Of a stretch of DNA of 52,344 nucleotides, positions 1 through 7,747 are shown piece by piece; position 1 is the stretch's first letter; each line of letters begins with the position of its first letter. This DNA comes from Escherichia virus TH27. A program made the position numbers and the translations under genes. The DNA lies in the sequence record MT446401.1; one strand, written 5' to 3'. The notes below the pieces were generated by a model that was given only the letters and a program-made list of their open reading frames with translations, ran no database searches and was not told the origin of the DNA.

Positions 1-402
1 CGTTTGCAATGATGTTTTCAATTGTTGCGAATTGAGCAATGATTCATTGATGGGGGGAATGATGGGGTGAGATTCGATCCCATGATCGCCTGGTGGGATT
101 TTCCCGCCACACATTTCATCTATGTACGCGTTATGGTTTGTTCAACTTTGTAGATATTTGGCAATGTCTACGCCATTCACGCGGAATTACGCGCTGGTTA
201 CAAAATAAATCCCTTATATAACAACCTTTTATCTATATTATTATTATTATTATTATTATATGTTATTCCGTAACCAAGATTAATTGGGATATTGATGATA
301 TTTTTTTTGATATTGCGCGGCGCATGAAAATTGGCATAAAGAGATGGATATGCAAGTAGGGCAAAAAAGTGATGTACATCGTTCTACGGCAATAACATCC
401 TT
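1..402. repeat. Left copy of 402-bp direct terminal repeat (matches 51943..52344)
   Basis: Sequence 1..402 reads the same as 51943..52344 by visual comparison; non-coding, contains TTGCAATGAT-like repeats. Confidence 0.85.
238..258. repeat. (TTA)7 microsatellite
   Basis: ttattattattattattatta read directly; a similar (TTA)5 occurs at 31596..31610 with a similar flank. Confidence 0.9.
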
Positions 403-473
403 GCGGCACACGGCCTGGGAGTGTAGACATTTCAAATAACAGGCCATAACTTTTTTCTACGCGTAGATAACGC

Positions 474-501
474 TTGCAATGGTTGCATTTGGTGATATGA
501 T
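474..501 (+). promoter_or_regulatory. Putative sigma70-type promoter for the left early operon
   Basis: TTGCAA, 16-nt spacer, TG-a-TATGAT extended -10, about 30 nt upstream of the first gene. Confidence 0.35.
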
Positions 502-533
502 TCATTTCACACAAACGAAATGAGGTAGTAGAT

Positions 534-1046
534 ATGACTCAAGATGAAAACAAACCATCACTCGGTGACATCGTTCGCTACATGGTACTGGAAGCGCTGG
601 CGTCTGATGACGGTACATATGCTGTACCAGTCAGGATGATTCACAAGAAGCTTGGGGGCTATACTGATAGCGAAACCTGTGACTCAGATTTCAAATCAGG
701 CGGAAAGCATGTAGTGACTAAGCTCAAGGCGTCTTATGTATCAAACACTGCTAGCCGTATGCAGGAAGTTAAGGACGCAGACAAGCGAGCCAGGTTCTCA
801 ATGGTTGAAATGGATTTCGATGGTACTCCTGGTGTGTACTGCGCAAAAATCACAATGGTAGATGGAGCGGTAAAGGTTGGCTCCCGCTCAAAGACTAACA
901 ACCAGGTTGCAGAGAAGGCTGTGAGCGACTTCAAATCTCGCATACTCAAGCTGATGCCATCCGTGACCGAGTTCGAAGGCGATGAAATTACAGGAGCCAT
1001 CAAGGCTATCAAAATGTACCAAGACATGATTAAGGAGGCTAACTAA
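534..1046 (+). CDS. Hypothetical early protein (170 aa), possible winged-helix N-terminus
   Basis: ORF with RBS-like GAGGTAG upstream; first gene of left operon. Confidence 0.7.
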   Translation: MTQDENKPSLGDIVRYMVLEALASDDGTYAVPVRMIHKKLGGYTDSETCDSDFKSGGKHVVTKLKASYVSNTASRMQEVKDADKRARFSMVEMDFDGTPGVYCAKITMVDGAVKVGSRSKTNNQVAEKAVSDFKSRILKLMPSVTEFEGDEITGAIKAIKMYQDMIKEAN

Positions 1047-1579
1047 TGTTTGATTTCAACGATCCCAATCTGACCGATGACGAGATCGCAAAGGTCGCCA
1101 GTGAAAGTAACTTGACTCCACTGCGCGTAGCAATCAACGCGAACGGATACCGCCAATCATCCAGGTACTGGCGCTCCTTGAAAGAGCTTTCCTGCGTCAA
1201 TCTTGGCGAGGAGTGTAAGTCGGTGGCTTTAGCTATTCATCGGCAGGCAAAAAACGGAAAAGGCGTTACTGGAATCCGTTCGACATACGAAGCTATCAGG
1301 AAAGTAAAGCCATTTATTGGCCGATTTGGGTTAATGTCTGATCTTAAAGAGAGCATTCTACCTTCACTACAGGACGCAGGAATCATCTGCCGAATTGGAG
1401 ATAAGGTTTATATTCATCCATGGCTTGTGGGTGTTCCACACGTTGAGTTTAAGGCTTGGTTGAGTCAGCAAAATAAAGGCGACACCAAAAAGCAAACCAT
1501 CCATGGCTATGATGCCGATGAGGTGGAGAAGGCCATCCAGTTCTACCGGAAAGCGAAATCTCTCCTGAACGGTGAATAG
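1046..1579 (+). CDS. Truncated paralog (177 aa) of the 527-aa protein at 46851..48434: N-terminal about 45 aa plus C-terminal winged-helix-like segment, central region absent
   Basis: Shares MFDFN..LPPLRVAINANGYRQS and GKNGKGV.G.RS.YEA.RKVKPF...GDK.YI.P.L.G with the 527-aa protein; ATGA coupling to upstream gene. Confidence 0.8.
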   Translation: MFDFNDPNLTDDEIAKVASESNLTPLRVAINANGYRQSSRYWRSLKELSCVNLGEECKSVALAIHRQAKNGKGVTGIRSTYEAIRKVKPFIGRFGLMSDLKESILPSLQDAGIICRIGDKVYIHPWLVGVPHVEFKAWLSQQNKGDTKKQTIHGYDADEVEKAIQFYRKAKSLLNGE

Positions 1580-1619
1580 CACGAATTGCTAAACAATAAA
1601 TCGGGTAGTCAGCTATGAT
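1577..1619 (+). promoter_or_regulatory. Palindromic box TAGCACGAATTGCTAAA plus -10-like TATGAT in hairpin
   Basis: Box 1577..1593 overlaps stop TAG; 20-nt gap; hexamer 1614..1619 inside inverted repeat gggta/taccc. Confidence 0.5.
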
Positions 1620-1643
1620 TACCCTATCAACAACGAAGAGGAA

Positions 1644-1862
1644 ATGATTATGGATACTGGAATTTTACGCATTGACGATGTTCACTTTGACCAGGCTGAG
1701 GTCAGCGTCACGGTGCAAACCGTTCGCGGTAATGTTGTAAACCTGGACTTCGATCCTGACGATTACGGCGACTGTCAAACTCTGATGCAATACTCACCGG
1801 AGCAGGCCCGCAAATTAGCGGCGGCATTAATCCTGGCAGCGGAAGAGGCCGACAAGCAATGA
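1644..1862 (+). CDS. Small protein (72 aa), paralog of 2426..2656
   Basis: Shared DF.P..Y.D...Y.P.QAR.LA segment with 2426..2656; preceded by box/-10 module. Confidence 0.7.
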   Translation: MIMDTGILRIDDVHFDQAEVSVTVQTVRGNVVNLDFDPDDYGDCQTLMQYSPEQARKLAAALILAAEEADKQ

Positions 1863-2059
1863 GTAAATTCAGGATCGCATTGGTTGACACGACTACCGCC
1901 TTCGGTCATCCGGTCAAGTGGTACGCCATCCAAAAACGTGTAGCCTTGTTCTGGTGGGTTACGGTTGGACACGCCAGCCAGTTATCCCAGGATCGCTACT
2001 GGCTGCATAAGTCCGGAGCACCGCATCGCAAAGAGAAGGTATTGAGGATTGTTGAATGA
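1859..2059 (+). CDS. Hypothetical protein (66 aa)
   Basis: ORF with start overlapping upstream stop (ATGA). Confidence 0.5.
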   Translation: MSKFRIALVDTTTAFGHPVKWYAIQKRVALFWWVTVGHASQLSQDRYWLHKSGAPHRKEKVLRIVE

Positions 2060-2346
2060 AGAAACTAATTTTATTGGCGACCATGGCACTGGCTGGGTGC
2101 GATTTTGGAAGCACCCGAGTAGATTCAGAGGCTCGGCAGAAGATGCCAGTGAACGTAAACGATCGCGTCCAGGTTGTTAAGATTCAGGAGTTCAGGGATG
2201 AACTGGCATATGAGAACGTCAGAGCGATATACGTCATCACCGATAAGGACACTGGTCAGGAATACATCGGCTTAAGCGGTGTCGGCATCGTGGAAGTTGG
2301 TCGCCATGGTTGCGGCAAAGGATGCTCCAGAGAAGATGAGCGATAG
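2056..2346 (+). CDS. Putative lipoprotein (96 aa)
   Basis: N-terminal signal peptide with lipobox LAGC; stop TAG is first triplet of downstream box. Confidence 0.7.
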   Translation: MKKLILLATMALAGCDFGSTRVDSEARQKMPVNVNDRVQVVKIQEFRDELAYENVRAIYVITDKDTGQEYIGLSGVGIVEVGRHGCGKGCSREDER

Positions 2347-2386
2347 CACTTTTTGTTAAAACTGCCGTGAGTGCATTTGCTATAGT
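2344..2386 (+). promoter_or_regulatory. Palindromic box TAGCACTTTTTGTTAAA plus TG-c-TATAGT in hairpin
   Basis: Box 2344..2360; hexamer 2381..2386 in loop of gagtgca/tgcactc. Confidence 0.5.
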
Positions 2387-2425
2387 GCACTCATTGAAGT
2401 GAAACAATCAACTAAGGGGTAATTT

Positions 2426-2656
2426 ATGAGCACGACCGCCGTACGCATCGCTGACGACTCAGGCGAACAGGCCGAGGTAATGGTAAAGAAACTGCATAGC
2501 AGCGCCCAGGGCTTTGCATTCAAGGTGTGCGTTGACTTCAATCCTGAAGAGTATGTTGACGCATCAAGTTACATGGTGTACACGCCAGACCAGGCTCGAC
2601 AGTTGGCTGTGTATCTGATGGAAGCGGCCCACCGCGCTGAGAAGGGGGTTTTATGA
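2426..2656 (+). CDS. Small protein (76 aa), paralog of 1644..1862
   Basis: RBS AAGGGG upstream; sequence similarity to 1644..1862 product. Confidence 0.7.
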   Translation: MSTTAVRIADDSGEQAEVMVKKLHSSAQGFAFKVCVDFNPEEYVDASSYMVYTPDQARQLAVYLMEAAHRAEKGVL

Positions 2657-2859
2657 TTACCGATCGCAAGCGCTTCCAGGATATGGACGATGACGATTGC
2701 TGGATTGACACGATGACCAATAGCGATAACGTCACTGTCGAAATCGTTATTGACGACTACTCTGGAGCATTCCCAATGCAAGATCCGGCGACCGTCCGCG
2801 CAATGGGTGATCACTTAATAAAAATGGCTGACTACATGGAGCGCCACAATGAACAATGA
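2653..2859 (+). CDS. Small highly acidic protein (68 aa)
   Basis: ORF, ATGA coupling; Asp/Glu-rich (DMDDDDCWID...). Confidence 0.6.
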   Translation: MITDRKRFQDMDDDDCWIDTMTNSDNVTVEIVIDDYSGAFPMQDPATVRAMGDHLIKMADYMERHNEQ

Positions 2860-3067
2860 AGAAATGGTTAAGATCCGCATTATCAAGTCACCATATAGCG
2901 GAGTGGATAAAAGCAAGCTGCCAGTGGTAGCGATGGCCTGGAAATACCAGGAAGAAGGGCTTGAACCATTTTACATGGTTGACGCTGACTTCCTTCCGGC
3001 GCTCAGCAAGAATGGAATGGCTCCTGGCGATTGGCCCTTTGCAGGTGATGAGGTAGAGGTGCTATGA
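2849..3067 (+). CDS. Hypothetical protein (72 aa)
   Basis: ORF overlapping upstream gene end; same-strand operon context. Confidence 0.55.
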   Translation: MNNEEMVKIRIIKSPYSGVDKSKLPVVAMAWKYQEEGLEPFYMVDADFLPALSKNGMAPGDWPFAGDEVEVL

Positions 3068-3162
3068 AGTTCAAATTAGTTGACGTGCTGCAATTGCTTC
3101 TTGTCGGGTTATCCTGGGTGCTTTTGTTCCTGGTGATTGCCTTCCTGGCTACTATCAAATAA
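3064..3162 (+). CDS. Small hydrophobic peptide (32 aa), possible membrane peptide
   Basis: ATG overlaps upstream TGA (ATGA); MKFKLVDVLQLLLVGLSWVLLFLVIAFLATIK; below the 60-aa ORF track cutoff. Confidence 0.4.
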   Translation: MKFKLVDVLQLLLVGLSWVLLFLVIAFLATIK

Positions 3163-3174
3163 AGGTGAAATAAA

Positions 3175-3417
3175 ATGGTTTTCAATAAACAGACAATCTT
3201 TGATTTTATGGACGACGTGAACAAGGCTATTCAGGAGTTTGCCGTTGCAATGGAAGCGGTAATCATTAGCTACTCGGTCGAATACGGAAGGATTGATGTC
3301 CGGTGCTACCCTGCTAACGCCATAGCAGATGTGCATCCAGTGATGAGCATCTTGGTCGGTGATGCAAGTGAGCTTCGACGGATTACGGCTGGTGTGAGAA
3401 AGAGCACGAATTGCTAA
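3175..3417 (+). CDS. Hypothetical protein (80 aa)
   Basis: RBS AAAGGTGA upstream; C-terminal STNC-stop encoded by the palindromic box. Confidence 0.65.
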   Translation: MVFNKQTIFDFMDDVNKAIQEFAVAMEAVIISYSVEYGRIDVRCYPANAIADVHPVMSILVGDASELRRITAGVRKSTNC

Positions 3418-3444
3418 AACGATATTCTCCCTGACTGGTATACT
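3403..3444 (+). promoter_or_regulatory. Palindromic box AGCACGAATTGCTAAA plus TG-g-TATACT
   Basis: Box 3403..3418, 20-nt gap, hexamer 3439..3444. Confidence 0.5.
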
Positions 3445-3472
3445 TCTTTCATACCAACAAGGGAGATACGAA

Positions 3473-3661
3473 ATGACTAACTACACCACGATTTACACTC
3501 ACTGCGGCAAAGCATTCACGGCACTGGCTGAGGATATTGAGTATCTGCCCTGGCACCAGGTATGGAAGATGCACAAGATTACTTCCACTGGAACGCAGGA
3601 GTGGTTCTTGAGAAAGATTTACGTGGCGGAGGTCATTCACCACAACGAAAAATTCGAATAG
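3473..3661 (+). CDS. Hypothetical protein (62 aa)
   Basis: RBS GGGAGA upstream; stop TAG is first triplet of downstream box. Confidence 0.6.
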   Translation: MTNYTTIYTHCGKAFTALAEDIEYLPWHQVWKMHKITSTGTQEWFLRKIYVAEVIHHNEKFE

Positions 3662-3701
3662 CACTTTTTGTTAAACCTTCCGCAAGGCCATTTGATATAG
3701 T
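3659..3701 (+). promoter_or_regulatory. Palindromic box plus TG-a-TATAGT in hairpin
   Basis: Box 3659..3675; hexamer 3696..3701 in loop of aggcca/tggcct. Confidence 0.5.
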
Positions 3702-3741
3702 GGCCTTATTGAAGCAAAGCAACCAATCAGAGGATTTGCAG

Positions 3742-3945
3742 ATGTTTACTGAAAAAGAGTTTGAGCAGTTTTTCCGCCTGGTCAATATGTCAGGCAGCGC
3801 GGACCAGATGGATCGCATAAACAGCCGTCTTGAAATGCCAAAGTTCATCGAGGCAGTAGGCCGCAAGACGTGCGATAAGATGTGGCACTTAATTGAGCAT
3901 TACGGCGTAACACCAGCAACACTTAAATCGGAGCATATGAAATGA
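3742..3945 (+). CDS. Hypothetical protein (67 aa)
   Basis: Internal ATG of track ORF 3562..3945 chosen because it follows the box/-10 module and has RBS AGAGGA. Confidence 0.55.
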   Translation: MFTEKEFEQFFRLVNMSGSADQMDRINSRLEMPKFIEAVGRKTCDKMWHLIEHYGVTPATLKSEHMK

Positions 3946-4331
3946 AAGTACGTTTACTTAACCCTAGCATCTATGCAGATCCTGAATACTTCAAGCTGCA
4001 TCCGAAAGAGACTAGCCCTCGCGATCCTGGCTCTTACCCGATCGTTGTGGAAGGATTCATTGTTGAGCAGACTGAGCTTGAGAAGAAATACGGAATTGAG
4101 TCAACATTTAACTCAATCAAGGTTGGCGGCGATGAACTAGATCGCGTATTCAAAAGCTATTTCAGTGACGGACGCCAGATGAACTCAATCTACGGTAGCG
4201 CTGCGGTTCTCGGTTGGTGGAATCATGAAGGAGAGCCGAAATCATGGGAGCCAGTAGGGCCGTTCGATTTCTGGAACAAATTAAAGGCATCACGCGAAGT
4301 TGGCGAAACTGTAGGGAAGGGTTACTTATGA
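3942..4331 (+). CDS. Hypothetical protein (129 aa)
   Basis: ORF with ATGA coupling. Confidence 0.7.
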   Translation: MKVRLLNPSIYADPEYFKLHPKETSPRDPGSYPIVVEGFIVEQTELEKKYGIESTFNSIKVGGDELDRVFKSYFSDGRQMNSIYGSAAVLGWWNHEGEPKSWEPVGPFDFWNKLKASREVGETVGKGYL

Positions 4332-4507
4332 TTACTTTATGCATCGTGCTTTACATCCTTGGCGCACTTCCGGTTTACACTATTGCCGACGAGGTACGCA
4401 ATAGCGAGAACAAGCAATCTGACTTATTCATCATTGCTGCCGCTTGGCCTCTGGTCATTGCGTACGGCGTGGTGAGAAAAGCCTACCGTGCCTTGAAGGA
4501 GCAATGA
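4328..4507 (+). CDS. Small membrane protein (59 aa, two predicted TM segments)
   Basis: ATGA coupling to upstream gene; hydrophobic MITLCIVLYILGALPVY... and AAWPLVIAYGVV. Confidence 0.5.
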   Translation: MITLCIVLYILGALPVYTIADEVRNSENKQSDLFIIAAAWPLVIAYGVVRKAYRALKEQ

Positions 4508-4713
4508 TTATGATCCCGTTGAAGCCAATAGTTTTTATGCGTAATGGCATGTGGTTTGCCGTAGTTTGCGGCACTGGATACACTTATTCAAAAACCGCAG
4601 GTCGATGGTTTAAGGCTTTAAGCCAGGCGTCAGTATTCACTCATTTAGTAACAGCCATTCGCACAAGAACGGCATATCAGGTTAAGGGGTTAAAAAATGC
4701 AAGTCTACACTAA
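4504..4713 (+). CDS. Hypothetical protein (69 aa)
   Basis: ATG overlapping upstream stop; RBS GGAG upstream. Confidence 0.5.
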   Translation: MIMIPLKPIVFMRNGMWFAVVCGTGYTYSKTAGRWFKALSQASVFTHLVTAIRTRTAYQVKGLKNASLH

Positions 4714-4915
4714 CAGTAAAGGCATTGAATTTTGTGCGGTCGGCGATGTGGTCCTGCGAACTGGTGGCGGATACGGGATTATTAATATCTCAGGCATTAC
4801 GCAGGAACAGTTGGTAAAGGGTATCCAGGCTGGCATCTTTACCTATCACTCATCACTGACGGCTAAGCAGTATGTCACACTTGAAACTGCAATTCGCGCC
4901 GGATTCATCGAATAG
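4697..4915 (+). CDS. Hypothetical protein (72 aa)
   Basis: RBS AAGGGG upstream; stop TAG is first triplet of downstream box. Confidence 0.65.
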   Translation: MQVYTNSKGIEFCAVGDVVLRTGGGYGIINISGITQEQLVKGIQAGIFTYHSSLTAKQYVTLETAIRAGFIE

Positions 4916-4955
4916 CACTTTTTGTTAAAACTTGCTCGGAGACATTAGCTATAGT
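4913..4955 (+). promoter_or_regulatory. Palindromic box plus TATAGT in hairpin
   Basis: Box 4913..4929; hexamer 4950..4955 in loop of ggagaca/tgtctcc. Confidence 0.5.
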
Positions 4956-4996
4956 GTCTCCTGTCAAGTGAACACAAACCAACTGAGGTATCACAT

Positions 4997-5800
4997 ATGA
5001 ACAGCATCAACCGTTATATCCATGTGTCAGTGCCAACAAGCGTCAATATTCACGGCGTCGGAATGCAATCCTGCGACGATGGAGCATGGGTATCCTACGC
5101 AATGCATAAAAAAGAAATCGAGTCCTTACAGGCACGTTTAAAGGCCTTAGAATCGACTCAAAAACATCAAATTTCTGCACCGTCGATTATCGCTGACCAT
5201 GTTGAGCAGGCAATCAAAGAAGCTGTAGGTAAGCTGGTGCACGAAGCATGTGAGCAATTGTTCAAGGATTTGCCTAAGTACAATGGCGATCCGTGTCACA
5301 GCACTGTCGATGCATTCGTGAATGAGCTTGCGGCTGGCCAAGGGAAAACCGTCGTAGATGATGGCGCAAAGTTTGATTACCTGACGAAAGATTCCAAGTT
5401 CACTTTCGGTAGCAATTTCGGTGAAGGCAATGCGCTTACCATGTCAACCACGAAAATGGAACCGCGAAGCGGCGGTTACGGTTATAGCAATCGTCACGCA
5501 TTGGCGGTGGGTGAATGTGAATCAGCACGCGATCGCAAGATGGCGGTTTGCTACCATGTTGGAGGCAATGAGTTTATCAATGGTTGCGAGTACGCGTATG
5601 AAATTGATGAATGCGAACCAGGATGTGAGCCGCGACTTATTCAAATCACGCAAGATGCCTTCTGCTCTGGATTAAAAGGTGATTACCGTTGGGAAGCCAG
5701 GAGAATTGGTAAGGTCATGAATGCCAAGGCAACGCTCGGTGACGCATACGCAATCATAAATCCTGATGGTGGCGTGGTGGCTCAGTTCTATATCAAATAG
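4997..5800 (+). CDS. Hypothetical protein (267 aa)
   Basis: RBS GAGG upstream; stop TAG starts downstream box. Confidence 0.8.
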   Translation: MNSINRYIHVSVPTSVNIHGVGMQSCDDGAWVSYAMHKKEIESLQARLKALESTQKHQISAPSIIADHVEQAIKEAVGKLVHEACEQLFKDLPKYNGDPCHSTVDAFVNELAAGQGKTVVDDGAKFDYLTKDSKFTFGSNFGEGNALTMSTTKMEPRSGGYGYSNRHALAVGECESARDRKMAVCYHVGGNEFINGCEYAYEIDECEPGCEPRLIQITQDAFCSGLKGDYRWEARRIGKVMNAKATLGDAYAIINPDGGVVAQFYIK

Positions 5801-5840
5801 CACTTTTTGTTAAAAGGGGATTCATCCTGACTGGTATAAT
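5798..5840 (+). promoter_or_regulatory. Palindromic box plus TG-g-TATAAT in hairpin
   Basis: Box 5798..5814; hexamer 5835..5840 in ggggatt/aatcccc inverted repeat. Confidence 0.55.
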
Positions 5841-5872
5841 CCCCACACCAACCACACGAAAGGAAGTTAAAA

Positions 5873-6493
5873 ATGAACCAGCTTTACACCATGATTAAGC
5901 ATCACCTTGAAACGGTAGCAGTAAACAAGAAAGTTTACATCTTTGATTACGATGGCACTCTGTCAGACGGAACTCACCGCCTGCATAAGCTGCCGACCAA
6001 GGATTTACACCTCACTGAGTCATGGCTTGAATTTAACTCTCTGAGCAAGTTCGACACGCCATTCCAGGAAACGATTGACGTAATGAATGGCCTGTTTGCT
6101 TCCGGCGCTTTCATCATCGTGCTCACTGGTCGATCGGATGCAGTCGTTGAAGAATCAACGCAGTGGCTGTATGATGCGCGCGCCAATTACAACGTTCTGG
6201 TCATGCGCCAGGCTGATGATAACCGCAAGGATACGATCATCAAGGAAGAGTTTTTACGATACATTGGATTGCACCGCATCACCGCAGCGTGGGATGATAG
6301 CCCAAATGTTATTGCGCACTTCCGAAGCCTCGGCATCACTACCTATCAGGTGTGTGACTATGGCGATAAGCTCCACGCTGGCGTAGGATCGCATGGAGTT
6401 CAGCACAAAAATGAGTGCAAACACGAATGGGAATCATTCGATGATTATGGCGTCAAATGCCGAAAATGTGGAAAAATTGAGGAGATTGAGTAA
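5873..6493 (+). CDS. HAD-superfamily phosphatase (206 aa), polynucleotide 3'-phosphatase-like
   Basis: HAD motif I DxDGT (IFDYDGTLSDG) near N-terminus; RBS AAAGGAAG; immediately followed by kinase gene. Confidence 0.75.
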   Translation: MNQLYTMIKHHLETVAVNKKVYIFDYDGTLSDGTHRLHKLPTKDLHLTESWLEFNSLSKFDTPFQETIDVMNGLFASGAFIIVLTGRSDAVVEESTQWLYDARANYNVLVMRQADDNRKDTIIKEEFLRYIGLHRITAAWDDSPNVIAHFRSLGITTYQVCDYGDKLHAGVGSHGVQHKNECKHEWESFDDYGVKCRKCGKIEEIE

Positions 6494-7114
6494 ATGTCAA
6501 AGATTATCATTCTAAACGGCCCTGCTGGAGTAGGTAAAGACACTATCGGCAATGCACTGGTAGCAGATTACAACTGCATCCCTACCAGCTTCAAACGTCC
6601 GATGTTTGAGATTGCAGCATCCATCCTTGGGGCCAGGGCTTTTTCAAAGTTCATCACAGCATACGACGACCGCGATCAGAAAGAGCAGCCTCAGAGCTTT
6701 CTCGGTGGCAAGACCTGTCGTGAGTTCATGATCTGGATTAGCGAAACAGTGGTCAAGCCGCTTTTTGGCAATCAGCAGTTCGGCAAATTGATGAGCGAAC
6801 ATATCCAGCTGTGTGATGAAGGCTTCTGCTTTGTGTGTACTGATGGCGGCTTCCCTGATGAAGTGATCAGGCTCGTTGAAGATGGTCACAATGTTACCCT
6901 GGTCCGCCTGTTCATGGATGGCAAGACTTTCGCGGGAGATAGCCGTAATTACATCCGCATCAAGGAATCGCACTTCCCTGATTACAAGAAATATAACGAG
7001 CATGATGTGCATCTGGTAAATGGTGATGTTGATGATGGCGTCCTTAAAGTAGTTCGCGCTTGCTTGGTTAGTCCTTCAATGGATGATGATTGGGCCGACG
7101 ATATTCCTTGGTAA
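6494..7114 (+). CDS. P-loop kinase (206 aa), polynucleotide or nucleotide kinase-like, with acidic DDDWADDIPW C-terminus
   Basis: Walker A GPAGVGKDT at residues 9-17; start 1 nt after phosphatase stop; SSB-tail-like C-terminus. Confidence 0.75.
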   Translation: MSKIIILNGPAGVGKDTIGNALVADYNCIPTSFKRPMFEIAASILGARAFSKFITAYDDRDQKEQPQSFLGGKTCREFMIWISETVVKPLFGNQQFGKLMSEHIQLCDEGFCFVCTDGGFPDEVIRLVEDGHNVTLVRLFMDGKTFAGDSRNYIRIKESHFPDYKKYNEHDVHLVNGDVDDGVLKVVRACLVSPSMDDDWADDIPW

Positions 7115-7115
7115 A

Positions 7116-7158
7116 TAGCACGAATTGCTAAACCCGCTCCGGCGGGTTTTGTTATAGT
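7116..7158 (+). promoter_or_regulatory. Palindromic box TAGCACGAATTGCTAAA plus TG-t-TATAGT
   Basis: Box 7116..7132, 20-nt gap, hexamer 7153..7158. Confidence 0.5.
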
Positions 7159-7187
7159 TAGTTCACACCAAACGAGAGGAAAGCAAA

Positions 7188-7346
7188 ATGATTACTATCA
7201 ACCTGTCAGATAAGCAAGCCGTCATCCTTAAGCAACTACTGGCGACTCAGACTATGCAGTGCACAGCCGATGAGTTCTCTGAGATGGTCAAAGAGGTTCG
7301 CACTCAGATCAATAATCAACAATTCGACGAAAACGAAGGGGAATAA
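7188..7346 (+). CDS. Small protein (52 aa)
   Basis: RBS GAGAGGAAAG upstream; below ORF-track cutoff; downstream of box/-10 module. Confidence 0.5.
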   Translation: MITINLSDKQAVILKQLLATQTMQCTADEFSEMVKEVRTQINNQQFDENEGE

Positions 7347-7348
7347 CC

Positions 7349-7747
7349 ATGAAATTACGTTGCGTTAAAATACATCCAGGGTTAGCGCCGCTGTTCGAAG
7401 ATCACTTTCAGGTTGGTCATGTGTACGAAGCTAAACGCAGGCCAAATCGTCACCTCAACGTGGCTGATGTTATTGATGTCGATAACGGCCTTACCTGGTA
7501 CGCCATCCAGAAAGGCAGTAAGTTTAACCTGAATCTCGCAAGCGGCCCAGCAGTCACTTTCGTGGTAGTAAAGGGTCCGCGCCGATTAGTAGTGACGGAA
7601 AAACGTGTAACTAACGTGTTCAATGACAAGCGTAAATTCCGCCGTATGTGTCGCCAGTATGGCAAGTTACGATTCACTGAGCCTGGGATGTTCTGCTTTA
7701 TCGCCTTCGCGGCAATGAAAAAGAATGCACGCAATCACCAGCGATAG
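7349..7747 (+). CDS. Hypothetical basic protein (132 aa)
   Basis: ORF; stop TAG is first triplet of downstream box. Confidence 0.7.
   Translation: MKLRCVKIHPGLAPLFEDHFQVGHVYEAKRRPNRHLNVADVIDVDNGLTWYAIQKGSKFNLNLASGPAVTFVVVKGPRRLVVTEKRVTNVFNDKRKFRRMCRQYGKLRFTEPGMFCFIAFAAMKKNARNHQR

Noticed and set aside
238-258. (TTA)n runs at 238..258, 31596..31610 and 52180..52200 as a possible CRISPR array
   Set aside because: These are simple trinucleotide microsatellites with no spacers and no repeat-spacer periodicity.
263-514. 83-aa ORF on the - strand inside the terminal repeat
   Set aside because: Lies in non-coding AT-rich terminal sequence with repeats and no RBS; surrounding genes are all on the + strand.
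734-1027. 97-aa - strand ORF
   Set aside because: Entirely inside the + strand gene 534..1046; antisense ORFs of this size are expected by chance.
2344-2360. Reading the TTGTTA/TTGCTA part of the box as a sigma70 -35 hexamer
   Set aside because: Spacing to the -10 hexamer is 22 nt in every copy, outside the 16-18 nt range; a role as an upstream site centred near -41 is more consistent.
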